Below the pieces are notes generated by a model, which was given only the letters and a program-made list of their open reading frames with translations, made no database searches and was not told where the DNA came from. The translations under genes were made by a program, and so were the position numbers. Shown one piece after another: positions 29,001-37,339 of a DNA stretch of 55,534 bases (positions within the stretch are counted from its first letter, which is position 1; each line of letters starts with the position of its first letter). The stretch covers positions 1 through 55,534 of the forward strand of contig JBJSZF010000296.1 of the NCBI GenBank assembly GCA_046090125.1. Direction: 5' to 3'. The DNA is from Verrucomicrobiota bacterium (GTDB lineage Bacteria > Verrucomicrobiota > Verrucomicrobiia > Limisphaerales > UBA9464).

Positions 29001-31550
29001 GTGCTGGTCAACGTGGCCGAGGCCAACCGCCCGCCCGTTGGGGAGGCCGTCGCGCCCGTCACCGTGAACGAGGGCCAGACGTGGACCGTCCAGCTTCGGG
29101 CGACGGATCCCGACCTGCCCCCGCAAGCGCTGCGGTTCGCCCTCGCGACCAACGCACCGTCCGGCGTGAAGGTGGACGCCACGACAGGGTTGTTGGAATG
29201 GGCCCCATCCGAGGATCAGGGCCCCAAGTTTCATGAGTTCGATGTCGTGGTTTCGGACGATTTCGAGCCGCCCGCCACGGCGATGATCCGGGTTCGCGTC
29301 ACGGTCGTGGAAGTGGACAACCCCCCGGTCTTCACGCAGCCGCAGTTGGTGTTGGTGGCGGAGGGCAACGAGACGTCGGTGCAGCTCGAGGCCCGCGACC
29401 CAGATGGCGGGGCCGTAACGTTCTCGCTGGTTGGCGAGGCCCCGGCAGGGCTGGTGCTCGAACCCGCCACGGGCGTCATCCGTTGGAGGCCCACCGAGTT
29501 GCAAGGGCCGGGCATCTACCCGTTGGTGGTGCGTGCCACGGAAACGACGGCGTTGGTCCAGTCGGTGCAGGCGACGTTTTCGATCCAAGTGCTCGAGGCC
29601 AACCAGCCGCCTCGCCTCGCCCTCATCCCATCGGCCACGGCCTTCGAGGGCGACGTGCTCGCGCGAACACTCGATGCCGAAGACGACGATCTCCCGCCGC
29701 AGAACCTGACGTTCTCGGTCGTCGGCACGCCCCCGGCCGGCGTCGCCGTGGATGCCGTCACGGGACGCCTGACATGGAACATCCCACCCGACATCGGGCG
29801 GACGAACGTCGTCGTTCGATTGCAGGTTGCCGATGACGCATTGCCCTCGGCCGTGGCCGAGCGGTCCTGGACCGTGACGGTTCAACGCCGGTTCAAGGTG
29901 GCCATCTCCGAGATCATGAGCCGCCCTGCCGCCGGCGCCTCCGCGTACATCGAGCTGGCCAATGCCTCGACCAACACGGCTTGGGATGTCTCGGGCTGCC
30001 GCTTGCTGGGCCGGGCGTTCTCATTCGAGTTCCCAGGCGGCTCCGTCCTGATGCCCGGCCAAGCCCTGTGCGTGGCGGCCGACATCGGGGCATTCCGCGC
30101 CGCACATGGTGCCGTCCCGCGTGTCGTCGGCCCGTGGACCGGGACGCTGGGGGCCGATGGCGACGACCTCGTCCTGTTTTCGATGGCGGGGGATGTCCTG
30201 GACCGGGTGCCGTTCTCCGTGGGCGGGGATTGGCCCGACGTGGCAGCCGGGAGCGGCACGGCGTTGCAACTCATGGACCTGCTGGCGGACAACGCCCTGC
30301 CCGGTGCATGGACGGCAACGGCCGCCTTCGCCGGTTCGCGGGACCTCACGACGCTGACGTCCACGTGGCGCTACCTGGAATCGGCGCCCGTGGGAACATG
30401 GACCGCGCTCGACTTTGACGACCGCGCGTGGAAGTCCGGCGGCGGCCTGCTTTACGTGGAGACGGCTGCGTTGCCTGCTGCCAAGACCACGGCGCTCAAC
30501 CTGGGGCAATGGTCCTATTACTTCCGCACCACCTTCGTGCTGCCCTCCGTCCCGGCCGGGGCCAGCCTCGCCCTCACGCACGTCATCGACGATGGCCTGG
30601 TGCTCTATCTCAACGGGACGGAGCTGACCCGGTTCAACATGCCCGACGGGGTCATCGGACCCACGACGCCCGCCACGGTCACGGTGGGTGACGCGGCCGC
30701 CGTGGCGGCATCCCTGCCGGCGTCGCTGCTTCGGGCGGGAACCAACGTCCTCGCCGCCGAGGTCCATCAATCGGCGATCGGCAGCTCCGACATCGTCTTC
30801 GGGGCGGCCTTGCGGCTGGAGGGTGGCACCTTGCCGGGCAACACGCCGGGCGCGGCCAACTCGGTGGCGACCACCCTTGCAGCCCTCCCGTCCGTGTTCC
30901 TCAACGAGGTGGCGCCGCGCGCAGGGGGGGTCCGGGATGTCGCCGGGCAGGCGGAGCCTTGGCTGGAGCTGTACAACGCTGGAACCACCGCCGTCGCCCT
31001 CGACGGCTGGCAACTCCTCGCCTCCTCGACCAACACGCCCTGGACGTTCCCCCAAGGCCTGACGCTGCGCCCCGGCGAGCGGCGCATGGTGTTCCTCGAC
31101 GGCGAGACCAGCCAAGCCACGCCCGCCGAATGGCACGCGTCGTTCCGCCCCGCACCGGACAATGGATGGATCGCCCTCGCAAGGCCCTCGGCGGTGGGTT
31201 CCGGGGTGATCGACACGTTCCGCTACGGCACGACCCCGGCGGGGGTCTCGTGGGCCAGCATCCCCGAGGGCCAACGCATCGTCCGCATGGCCGCCACCCC
31301 CTCGCCCGCACGCGCCAATCCGACGGCGGCCTCCATGGCCCCCGTGGTCGCCGCCCGCTGGACCAAGGCGGGCCTCGTGGTCTCATGGCCTTCCCTGCGC
31401 GGAGCCGTGTACCGGCTCGAGGCCTCGGACGACCCCGCCTCGGGCTGGCGCACCATGGGCAGTGTGCTGGGATCGGGGTCCGCCATGGAGGCCACCGATC
31501 CCTTGCCGCCGGGCGACGCCCGATTCTACCGGGTGGTGATGGTGCCCTGA
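23007..31550 (+). CDS. Giant (2847 aa) secreted lamin-tail-domain / CotH / cadherin-like repeat protein
   Basis: Uninterrupted 8.5-kb ORF with signal MESSCLSRVGAASGLALSLLSLLPRLHG. Eight LTD signatures of the type (I/L)NE(V/I)...FVE(L/I)xN...(D/L)(V/L)(S/A)G(W/C). CotH kinase-like region at about 25.9-26.9 kb (DLYKISIWFEF, WDSWTYNIGQNMYLYR, LLPWDIDFVFG). Four cadherin/dystroglycan-type repeats at about 28.74-29.89 kb (ATDPD...PPxxLxF, G(T/L)L(T/E)W(T/A)PSE). Galactose-binding-like modules. Ends with ...ARFYRVVMVP. Confidence 0.9.
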   Translation: MESSCLSRVGAASGLALSLLSLLPRLHGQLAVPLELSPALGGGPEDAVVRRGPDVWELRSRGRGILAANPDQAVFAGIACTNDFDVQVRVDDLAVSNPFVRAGLMLRSSTNASATFAAVYASSPMAGCFAETRTSTGGAPTRASNLGGFPSAPPTAWLRMRREGASVTTFASVDGRGWTRMASVFLDGGPEAQLGLVTTSQNAWASTRALFSGLGNTTQTNEVPWEHTREGATPSSRRTGMVFSEIQYAPGDGPGAGSGVEFVEIANHGDVFVDMTGWTLDGGVSFRFPDGFQLQAGARVVVTSQPEALAPVAGLAPVLGPWSGNLNNAGDTVRLRDSIGAVKLKVEYSPNAPWPVAADGTGHSLVLASPSFGQEDPRAWTASRVRGGSPGRPEPVEASPLDSTVLNEVLAHTDLPQLDFVEIYNRSASAVDVSGCILTDDLGTNRFRIPAGTVLAPGAEKAWDETALGFRLSAAGETVYLLSPDGRRVIDVLKFWAQENGVAFGRSPDGSEAWRRLAQPTPGVPNAPRRAEDVVINEIFYNPPGGDADEFVELANRGSQAVDLAGWRMRGGIAFDFPAGTRIAPGEFLVLAKDPEQLRANHPDVPTARVVGGYQGTLGNGGDVVRLTKPDDIQSTNSQGVVTTDVLHIAVGEVRYADGGAWGQWSDGGGSSLELEDPDADPALAANWADSDESQKAPWTRVEWTGRMDNGNGTINRLYLGLLNNGECLVDDVQVIGLAGTNVISNAGFESGPSGWLLGGNHAGSVVEASAAKTGLQGLRVRAQGGLDTGPNAIRANLTATLTANNNVTFRAWTRWVAGWPELLFRLRGNHSDYAAPLTIPRNLGTPGKPNSRRLSNVGPAIHSISHSPVLPRVGEAVRVMARASDADGVVAMSLRYRLDPTTSTTDVPMRDDGLDGDAVAADGVFTGTIPGQGAGALVAFTIRATDGRSAESVWPPSAPLNEGLIRWNEPVPFTSLPHAHLWCTSVNRNAPGGNPLNNAYRRGTVVYGNTRVVHQVIFRDKGSPYHGGSGDITVRLPSDDLLHGVSERLFSKTGNGGVEDTALRGRVANWLASRMGIPSLEGKHQLFYINGASFANVVEDLEEPDHAYAEDNYPEGGQGDLYKISIWFEFQDDNRNFASTSATMESFTSNGQPKLARYRWNWERRAQEFPESNYQTIFDLVSVLNSPLDSGFPGRVLQQADIEEWMGVFAFHRVTGNWDSWTYNIGQNMYLYRQPGRRAVLLPWDIDFVFGLGDGTTAGFTGGQDPIANARLYAPAPFQRMLWRALHRAANGPLTPAQFVPVVEGYRLLHQQNNITGLAALSSVTNYMTGRRTYILNQLNASANTAFSITSNGGNNFASAQPVATLAGNASFLVADIAVNGVRYPVNWTGLTTFSVAVPLTQATNALVLTALDAAGRPTGASDSITITYPGAVPQARDWVVLNEIHYNPAIPGTSFVELFNRNTSVPFNLDGHRLEGIGYTFPSNATILPSGFLVLAADRAAFSSAFGAAVPVFDEFTGNLDNNGERLGLLPPGADVAFSRVRYLDRAPWSTNADGWGPSLQLIDPAQDTRRPANWAATATNAPNRVTPGTNNAVRAWLPAFPPVWLNEVVPLPSATVVDNAGDADPFVELFNPTSTVADVSGLWLGDSLATPQRWQFPADTLVPARGSLVVWLDNEPSESVPGQPHATFRLPASKGSVVLSRLQGNPAAVAVLDSLDYDALPAGRGLGSVPDGDPYARRPLYVATPGKTNDAFVPKVEVVINEVLASNTSVLADPADGDFDDWIELYNPAATPADISGYFLTDDLANQTASVLPAGTVVPAGGFLLVWADGEPGQTDAAKGWFHASFSLARGGEAVGLFAPDGSRVDGFAFGPQTNNASLGRYPDGPGNDLIAIEGPTPAAFNAVPGGNMPPRFQPIATQSATEDLRWTLRVQATDPDAGQTVRYELGADAPAGVEIDPGTGTLTWTPSEAQGPGTFAFAVRAMDSGSPPRSSVARVLVNVAEANRPPVGEAVAPVTVNEGQTWTVQLRATDPDLPPQALRFALATNAPSGVKVDATTGLLEWAPSEDQGPKFHEFDVVVSDDFEPPATAMIRVRVTVVEVDNPPVFTQPQLVLVAEGNETSVQLEARDPDGGAVTFSLVGEAPAGLVLEPATGVIRWRPTELQGPGIYPLVVRATETTALVQSVQATFSIQVLEANQPPRLALIPSATAFEGDVLARTLDAEDDDLPPQNLTFSVVGTPPAGVAVDAVTGRLTWNIPPDIGRTNVVVRLQVADDALPSAVAERSWTVTVQRRFKVAISEIMSRPAAGASAYIELANASTNTAWDVSGCRLLGRAFSFEFPGGSVLMPGQALCVAADIGAFRAAHGAVPRVVGPWTGTLGADGDDLVLFSMAGDVLDRVPFSVGGDWPDVAAGSGTALQLMDLLADNALPGAWTATAAFAGSRDLTTLTSTWRYLESAPVGTWTALDFDDRAWKSGGGLLYVETAALPAAKTTALNLGQWSYYFRTTFVLPSVPAGASLALTHVIDDGLVLYLNGTELTRFNMPDGVIGPTTPATVTVGDAAAVAASLPASLLRAGTNVLAAEVHQSAIGSSDIVFGAALRLEGGTLPGNTPGAANSVATTLAALPSVFLNEVAPRAGGVRDVAGQAEPWLELYNAGTTAVALDGWQLLASSTNTPWTFPQGLTLRPGERRMVFLDGETSQATPAEWHASFRPAPDNGWIALARPSAVGSGVIDTFRYGTTPAGVSWASIPEGQRIVRMAATPSPARANPTAASMAPVVAARWTKAGLVVSWPSLRGAVYRLEASDDPASGWRTMGSVLGSGSAMEATDPLPPGDARFYRVVMVP

Positions 31551-31658
31551 ACGCGAGGGGCTGGCGCCAGTTCATGCAGGCCTGCTCCACGACGGAGTGC
31601 ATCACACAGGTCCGGGTGAATCCGGGCCGGCGCCACCACGCCCTGCGCGAGCAGGGCC

Positions 31659-31708
31659 CGAAACGAAAAGGGCCGCGTGGGCACGGGGAACACCCGGCCG
31701 ACGCGGCC
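31659..31708 (-). terminator. Probable intrinsic terminator of the 31727..32176 gene
   Basis: GGCCGCGT (31671-31678) / ACGCGGCC (31701-31708) stem with a large loop. On the minus strand it is followed by CTTTTCGTTTCG. Confidence 0.45.
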
Positions 31709-31726
31709 TGAACGGAAAGCGACCGA

Positions 31727-32176
31727 CTAGCCCTTCAACACGGCGGCGTGGAACTCGTTCCAGTCGTCGAGGTTGTTGAGGTTGATGGCGTCCGGGAGGA
31801 TGGAGCCGTCGTCAGGCAGGTTGTTGGCGGTGAGGATTCCCTTGCGGGTGTCGTCGGTGTGGATGTAGCCGGCAATGGAGAGGTTGAGCTTGTGGATGTT
31901 GGCGCGGGTGAGGTTCACGCCGGGCTGGCGCTTGATCCAAGCCTCGAACTGGGGATAGGTGGGCTTCGATTCCGTGATGAACTTGCGGACCTCGTCGGCA
32001 TTCAGGCCGAGGCCGGTGATCACCATCATGTCGTAGCCTTGCCCGATGCCAGGGTAGCCCGTGGCGATCTTGCCGGCCGCCTCGAGGGAGGCCTTGAGCC
32101 AAAGACGGGGCAGGTGCAGGACACCGAGGGGGCCGGCCACGCCGGAGCTGATGAGGGGAACGTAGGTCGTGCTCAT
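31727..32176 (-). CDS. Conserved hypothetical protein, DUF5069-like
   Basis: 149-aa ORF starting at ATG 32176. GPLGVLHLPRLWLKASLEAAGKIATGYPGIGQGYD resembles my recollection of the DUF5069 N-terminal block. The family name is tentative. Confidence 0.6.
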   Translation of the reverse strand: MSTTYVPLISSGVAGPLGVLHLPRLWLKASLEAAGKIATGYPGIGQGYDMMVITGLGLNADEVRKFITESKPTYPQFEAWIKRQPGVNLTRANIHKLNLSIAGYIHTDDTRKGILTANNLPDDGSILPDAINLNNLDDWNEFHAAVLKG

Positions 32177-32241
32177 GAAATCAATGTGGGCGGCACCCTA
32201 TGGAATCCCGTCGCAAACGGTCAAAGCGTTTCATCGGCGGT

Positions 32242-33297
32242 TCAGCCCGCGCCGAGGCGCCGCACGCGTCGCGCCCCCTCGACCATGGCCGCGAGCTTGC
32301 GGCGCGCCGCCCATCGGGCCGTCTGGCTGAGCCCGCAGTCCGGGGCCACCACGAGCCGATCCGCCGCCACGTGTCCGAGGCACAGCCGGATGCGGCGCTC
32401 GATGTCCTCCGGCGTCTCGATGTAGTAGCTCTTCACGTCCACCACCCCCACCGCCACGTCCATGCGCCGCGCCACCAGCCCGAGGACCTCCACCTCCGCA
32501 AACTCCCGGCTTGCCAGCTCCACGTGCATCTCGTCGCAGTGAAGGTCCAGGAAGGCCGGGAACATCGGCTGCAACCGCCGCGGCCCCACGGCACGTCCCT
32601 TGTAGTTCCCAAAGCACAAGTGCGTGCACAGGCGCACGCGGCCCCGGACCGTCTCCACCGTCCGGTTGAAGATGTCCACGAAGCGACGCGGATCCTCGCG
32701 GTGCGCGTAGCAACTCATGCTCGGCTCGTCCACGGACACCTCCTCGCATCCGGCGGCCACGAGGGCCTCAAGCTCGGATCGGACGATCGGCAGCAAGGCC
32801 TCCGTCAGCGCCCAGCGGTCGGCGTACCCCACCTCCGCCTTGGGCACCAAGCGCCCGCTCAACGTGTACGGCCCGGGAACCGACGCCTTCAACGTGGCCT
32901 TCAACCCGGGATGCCCGGCGCGCGCCAGCCGCCGTAGCCGCTCGAACTCGGCCAACACGCCCAGCCCGCGCGGCGCGGCCAACGGGCCCACGACGGCGTG
33001 GCGCCCGCGTTGGTCGTGGGCGGGCGGCCCCCAGCGCCGCGGCGGGGCCGTCTCCAGGTCGATGCCCTCCAGGTGCCCATAGAACGAAAGGTTGAAGTCG
33101 AGCCGGGTTTGCTCCCCATCCGTCACCACGTCGAGGCCGGCCGCGACCTGGTCATGCAACGCCGCCACCACGGCGTCCTCCTGCACCTCGGCCAAGTCGT
33201 CCGGTCCAAACTCGCCCAGGTGCCGCGTCGCAAGTTCCAGCCAGCCCGGGAAGGGATAGCTGCCAATGACGGACGTGCGCACGGGATGGCCTTGCAT
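32242..33297 (-). CDS. Cobalamin-independent methionine synthase (MetE C-terminal domain-like) family methyltransferase
   Basis: ATG 33297 within track ORF 32242..34212. Motifs: SVIGSYPFPGWL, VVTDGEQTR, likely Zn ligands THLCFGN and APDCGLSQ. About 351 aa, as in the short MetE-like proteins. Confidence 0.85.
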   Translation of the reverse strand: MQGHPVRTSVIGSYPFPGWLELATRHLGEFGPDDLAEVQEDAVVAALHDQVAAGLDVVTDGEQTRLDFNLSFYGHLEGIDLETAPPRRWGPPAHDQRGRHAVVGPLAAPRGLGVLAEFERLRRLARAGHPGLKATLKASVPGPYTLSGRLVPKAEVGYADRWALTEALLPIVRSELEALVAAGCEEVSVDEPSMSCYAHREDPRRFVDIFNRTVETVRGRVRLCTHLCFGNYKGRAVGPRRLQPMFPAFLDLHCDEMHVELASREFAEVEVLGLVARRMDVAVGVVDVKSYYIETPEDIERRIRLCLGHVAADRLVVAPDCGLSQTARWAARRKLAAMVEGARRVRRLGAG

Positions 33298-33514
33298 GGC
33301 GCATGATGGGACGGGACCCGGCGGTGGTTTCAACCGCGATGTCCATACGCCCTGAACGCCCGGCTCGGCTTTCAGGCCGCGCGACCCGCCAGCCGTCGAT
33401 GCCACCGGAACGCCTGAAATCTTCGTTGGCCCGTCGATGGAACGGCCGCCCGCGCGAAATGTTGCTGGAGGGAAAAGCTCCCCTGGAGCCAATCTTGCCC
33501 AGCACGTTCCCCGC

Positions 33515-34486
33515 ATGAACCCGCCACAGACACCGCCCGGCGACGAGGGCGACCCTTCATCCAAGCGCGATTCCGACAACAACCCCGAGGCCATCCCGCC
33601 CGAGTCGCAGGCCTTGATGAAGGCGGTGGAGGCCATGGGAAAGGCCACGGAAAACCACGACGTGGCGGGAGCCATCCAAAGCGTGGGCCAGTTGTTTGCC
33701 CTCGTCATGGCCGACCCCAGCAAGTACGCGCGGGCTCCAGACGGGATTCGTGAGAGGGCGTGGGCGTGCCAGGCCCGCGGGGATGTCGCAGGCGCCGAGG
33801 CGGCATGGCGCGAGGTGATTGCCCTGGAAGAACAGACGGGCGAGGCCCGCTTCATCGCCAAGGCCCACCTCGACATGGGCACGTTTCTCATGCAGACGGA
33901 CCAGGACGACCGGGCGCTGGCCCATTCCGAGGGGGTTGTCGCGGCGGCACGCCGGACGGACCTCGAAATCCTGGTGTGGCACGCGCTGGAGCAGCGGACC
34001 TGCTGCGCCCTGCGGCTCGGGCGTTTCCGGCTCGCCTTGGAGACGGCTGAGGAGGGGGTCCGGACGACGGCGGGCAACGAGCTGCTGGCACGGAACCATG
34101 CCTGGGCGCGGATCCTGCGGGCGGCCTGCCGTGTCGAGCTGGGCGAGCACGCGCAAGCGCTGGAAGATCTCGAGGCCAGCCGCTCCGTGGCGGCGGAAAA
34201 CCCGGTGGCCATCGTGCTTCCCGGCCTTTGCTGGTGGTTGACGCGGTGGTGGGAGGTGACCGCAAGAGTCCGGCTGCATCAACAGGACGTCGCCGGATCC
34301 CGCGAGGCCTGCGAGACCGTCGTTGGCCTCAGGCGCAGGCTCTTCGAGGGGTCCCATGGGTCGTGGCGGCACTTGGTGTCGGCCTTGCGCCAGCAGGCCG
34401 AGGTCCTCCGCATCGATGGCCAACCCGACGAGGCCGCTGCCGCCGAGGCCGAGGCAGGGCGCATCGAGATGGAGTTTCGCGTGTAG
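33515..34486 (+). CDS. Hypothetical helical-repeat (TPR-like) protein
   Basis: ATG 33515 within track ORF 33437..34486. Repeated helix pairs rich in A/L/E/R. No specific family recognised. Confidence 0.55.
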   Translation: MNPPQTPPGDEGDPSSKRDSDNNPEAIPPESQALMKAVEAMGKATENHDVAGAIQSVGQLFALVMADPSKYARAPDGIRERAWACQARGDVAGAEAAWREVIALEEQTGEARFIAKAHLDMGTFLMQTDQDDRALAHSEGVVAAARRTDLEILVWHALEQRTCCALRLGRFRLALETAEEGVRTTAGNELLARNHAWARILRAACRVELGEHAQALEDLEASRSVAAENPVAIVLPGLCWWLTRWWEVTARVRLHQQDVAGSREACETVVGLRRRLFEGSHGSWRHLVSALRQQAEVLRIDGQPDEAAAAEAEAGRIEMEFRV

Positions 34487-34540
34487 CGCACCGGGATGCA
34501 CCCCGAGGAGGGTTCGCCACTCACTTCGGCAACAAGGAAC

Positions 34541-34571
34541 AAAAGGCCCCGCCCGGAACCCGGGCGGGGCC
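34541..34571 (-). terminator. Strong intrinsic terminator after the LamG gene
   Basis: Perfect 12-bp stem GGCCCCGCCCGG (34545-34556) / CCGGGCGGGGCC (34560-34571) with a 3-nt loop. On the minus strand it is followed by TTTTGTTCCTTGTT. It lies between convergent genes. Confidence 0.7.
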
Positions 34572-34615
34572 TTGCGGCAAGATCACCCGGCATTCCCGGG
34601 CGCGGGATCGTGGGC

Positions 34616-37339
34616 CTACTGGCGCAGGCGATAGAACGCGGCGGCGTCCGTGGTGGACACGTCGTACGGGCTGGAAGCGCCCGACACGTCCGTGAAGCCC
34701 CCGTTGAACGTGGCGGACTTCTGCAACGTGCCGCCCGTCCACGTGAGGCGCAGGCCTCCGGCCGTGGGCGCAAAGGACAGGTTGGAGACGGCGGCAGCTG
34801 TGGCCGCGTCGTAGTGTGCCTTCGCCTGCGCGGCCGTCAGCGCCTTCTTGTAGATCGCCACTTCATCCACCGCGCCCGCGAAGTTGTCGGCCCACCCGGA
34901 ACCGGTGGAGCCGATGGACCAGTCGCCCTCGTCCACGAGCACGGCGCCCTTGGCGTCCGCCTGGCTGGCCACCTGGACGCCATTGCGATACAGGCGCCAG
35001 GTGGTGCCGTCATAAACGCCGGCCAGGTGCACCCACTTGCCCGCGTTCAGGTCATCGCCCACCGGCGCGCGCACGCCGTGGAACCCCGTGGCGTCCGTCG
35101 AACCCAGCACGTACTCGGACCCGCCCTCGATGCGGAGGGAGACCTCGTTGGGGCTCAGGAGCGAGCCCGCCAAGGTGATGTTGAGCCCGGCAGCGTCGAA
35201 GTCGGACGGGATCGAGGGCCCGTGCGAGAGGATGCGCGCGACGGCTCCCTGGGAGGCGTCGGGCTTGATCCACGTCTCGAGCGTGATTTGCCCGGCGAAG
35301 TTGAGGGAGGCCGGGTTGTTCAGGGAGACGAAGTTGCGCCCCCCGATGGCCACGGCGGCGTTGTCGCCGGCGAAGCCGGGTCCGGTCACGCCCGCCACCG
35401 CGCTGCCGCCATTGACGGCGAAGCCCAGCGGCGCGGGGCCCGAGGCGGCGGCGTTGGCAGCCAACAGGCCAGCCGGAGCCTCGTTGAAGCGCAGGTAGAG
35501 CGGCGGCACCGTCACGCGCTCCTTGGTTTGGTCCGGCGGATTGCCGGCGTCGAAGGCCGACGTATAGACGAGGGACTCGTAGGGGGCGTCGAGGTTGCGG
35601 TTCTTGCCAGCCTCGTAATGCGCGGTGATTTGCTCGGGCTTGAGCACGTAGTTGTTGTAGAACGCGACCTCGTCGATGCCGCCCTCGTAGGGGTTGCTGC
35701 CGATGCCGGAGGCGGCGTTGTAGGCGCCGATGCCGAGGTCGGCCGGGACGCCGAGGGGCTTGCCTTGGCCTTCCTCGGGGACGGCGCGGTTGGCGGCGTA
35801 GAGGGCGTTCTCATTGCGGGCGACCTGCTTTCCATCCACGTAGGCGGTGAGGATGCCCTGATACTGGTGGTTGCCATTGCCGGCCGGGTCGCCGTTGTCG
35901 TTCTGGGGCTCCCACGTCACGACCAAGTGCTGCCAACGACCCACCTCGTAGTCGGTGTCGGTGTTGACGTCCTGGCCGGAGCTGCCCGCGCCGGTGTACA
36001 TGCGGAAGTTCCAGCCGAGGCCCTCGGACGCGGGATAGGTGCTGTTGGGGTTGCGCTGGAAGATGACCCAGCCGGTGCGGCCGGTGCCGCCCACCATGCG
36101 GTTGTTGATGGGGCATTGGCCGCCCTGCTTGTCGCGCGTGGGCTTGAGCCAGGCCTCGAAGGTGAACGGGATGCTGGAATCCGGGTTGATGGCCTCGTTG
36201 AAGGGAATCGAGGCGTAGGCGTTGCCGTTGCGGCTGTGATAGACGGCGGCGCTGTCCTCGGTGTTGCCACCGATGGCCGAGGGCGCTCCGGCGCGGACCT
36301 CCGCGCTATAGATGCCGTTACCGGCGGTGCGCAGGTCGCCGACGTTGACCACGCCAGCCGAGCCCGGGACGACCTCGCCCAGGCGGAGGTGGACGCTGGG
36401 GTTGTCGGACTTCACGAGGGCCGCGTAGGGGGTGCTGCGGCTGGCGTTGGTGCCGTTCTGGTAATGCGCCTTGATTTGCGCGGCCGAGAGCTTGGCCGGG
36501 TAGAAGGCGAACTCGTCAACGGCCCCGAACCACGGGTTGGAGGCTCCGAGGTTGGCGGCGTTGCCATTCGCGTTGTTGTAGTTGCCCAGCGCGAGCATGG
36601 GCTGGCCGTTGACCGCCTGGGCCGGGTCATGGTCGTCCGTGACGGGCGCGTAGCCAGGCTTGCTTTCGTTGGTCCACTCGGCGGTGTTGGCCAGCTCGCC
36701 GTCGATGTACATCGAGAGCTTCGAGCCCACGCCGCCCTTGCCCACGGGCTCGTACACGGTCACCACGTGCGTCCACTTGCCCAGCACGAAGGGCTTGCTG
36801 CTCGTGACGTCGAGCGCCGTGCTCGTGTCCACGCCCGAGTACATGCGGAAGTTCCAGCCGATGCCGGACTCGCCGCTGGTGTTGTCCGAGCTGGGACGGC
36901 GCTGGAACATCACCCACCCCTGGCGCGGCCCGCCCTGCGTCCAGCGGTTGGCGATGGGCGACATGCCGTTGCCGGACTGGTCGGACGAGGGCAGGAACCA
37001 GGCCTCGACGGTGAACGGCTGGTCGGCCGGGCGGTTGATCTCGCGGTTGAACGGGATCTCCGTCCGGGTGGTGAAATCGAAGAACGAGGCCCGGCTGGGG
37101 TCGCCCACGATGGCTCCCGGAACGGAGCGCACGACGCCCGTGGGCAGGTCGTTGGTGGCGTTGGCGGCGGAGCCCAGGCTGCCGCTGTTGACGTTGATGG
37201 CCGTCGTCGCCTGCGTGTCATTCAGGCGGTAGTAGGCCACGGGACCGTCCGTGAGGACGGTGGTCGGGTAGTCCGCGTGGACGCCGACGCACGCCAGCGA
37301 CAACACGGCCGCCGCGCGCAGGATCGAGGAGTTATTCAT
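34616..37339 (-). CDS. Secreted triple LamG (concanavalin A-like lectin) domain protein
   Basis: ATG 37339 (MNNSSILRAAAVLSLACVGVHA). Three modules, each with an F/I-T-x-E-(A/T)-W-x-x-P core and ending in (A/G)(V/I)DE(F/V)A(F/I)Y...(A/P)(A/E)Q(I/A)(K/T)AHY. Ends with ...AAFYRLRQ. Confidence 0.85.
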   Translation of the reverse strand: MNNSSILRAAAVLSLACVGVHADYPTTVLTDGPVAYYRLNDTQATTAINVNSGSLGSAANATNDLPTGVVRSVPGAIVGDPSRASFFDFTTRTEIPFNREINRPADQPFTVEAWFLPSSDQSGNGMSPIANRWTQGGPRQGWVMFQRRPSSDNTSGESGIGWNFRMYSGVDTSTALDVTSSKPFVLGKWTHVVTVYEPVGKGGVGSKLSMYIDGELANTAEWTNESKPGYAPVTDDHDPAQAVNGQPMLALGNYNNANGNAANLGASNPWFGAVDEFAFYPAKLSAAQIKAHYQNGTNASRSTPYAALVKSDNPSVHLRLGEVVPGSAGVVNVGDLRTAGNGIYSAEVRAGAPSAIGGNTEDSAAVYHSRNGNAYASIPFNEAINPDSSIPFTFEAWLKPTRDKQGGQCPINNRMVGGTGRTGWVIFQRNPNSTYPASEGLGWNFRMYTGAGSSGQDVNTDTDYEVGRWQHLVVTWEPQNDNGDPAGNGNHQYQGILTAYVDGKQVARNENALYAANRAVPEEGQGKPLGVPADLGIGAYNAASGIGSNPYEGGIDEVAFYNNYVLKPEQITAHYEAGKNRNLDAPYESLVYTSAFDAGNPPDQTKERVTVPPLYLRFNEAPAGLLAANAAASGPAPLGFAVNGGSAVAGVTGPGFAGDNAAVAIGGRNFVSLNNPASLNFAGQITLETWIKPDASQGAVARILSHGPSIPSDFDAAGLNITLAGSLLSPNEVSLRIEGGSEYVLGSTDATGFHGVRAPVGDDLNAGKWVHLAGVYDGTTWRLYRNGVQVASQADAKGAVLVDEGDWSIGSTGSGWADNFAGAVDEVAIYKKALTAAQAKAHYDAATAAAVSNLSFAPTAGGLRLTWTGGTLQKSATFNGGFTDVSGASSPYDVSTTDAAAFYRLRQ

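Noticed and set aside
24525-29885. Minus-strand ORFs of 721 aa (24525..26690) and 1010 aa (26853..29885) inside the giant gene
   Set aside because: They are antisense shadows of the 8.5-kb LTD/CotH ORF. They have no motifs, and their codon composition is inconsistent with the real genes.
33298-33514. Possible cobalamin or SAM riboswitch in the 217-nt leader of the MetE-like gene
   Set aside because: Reading the minus-strand leader, I could not find a B12 box or SAM-I/SAM-II core motifs. An Rfam/Infernal scan would be decisive, and I cannot run it.
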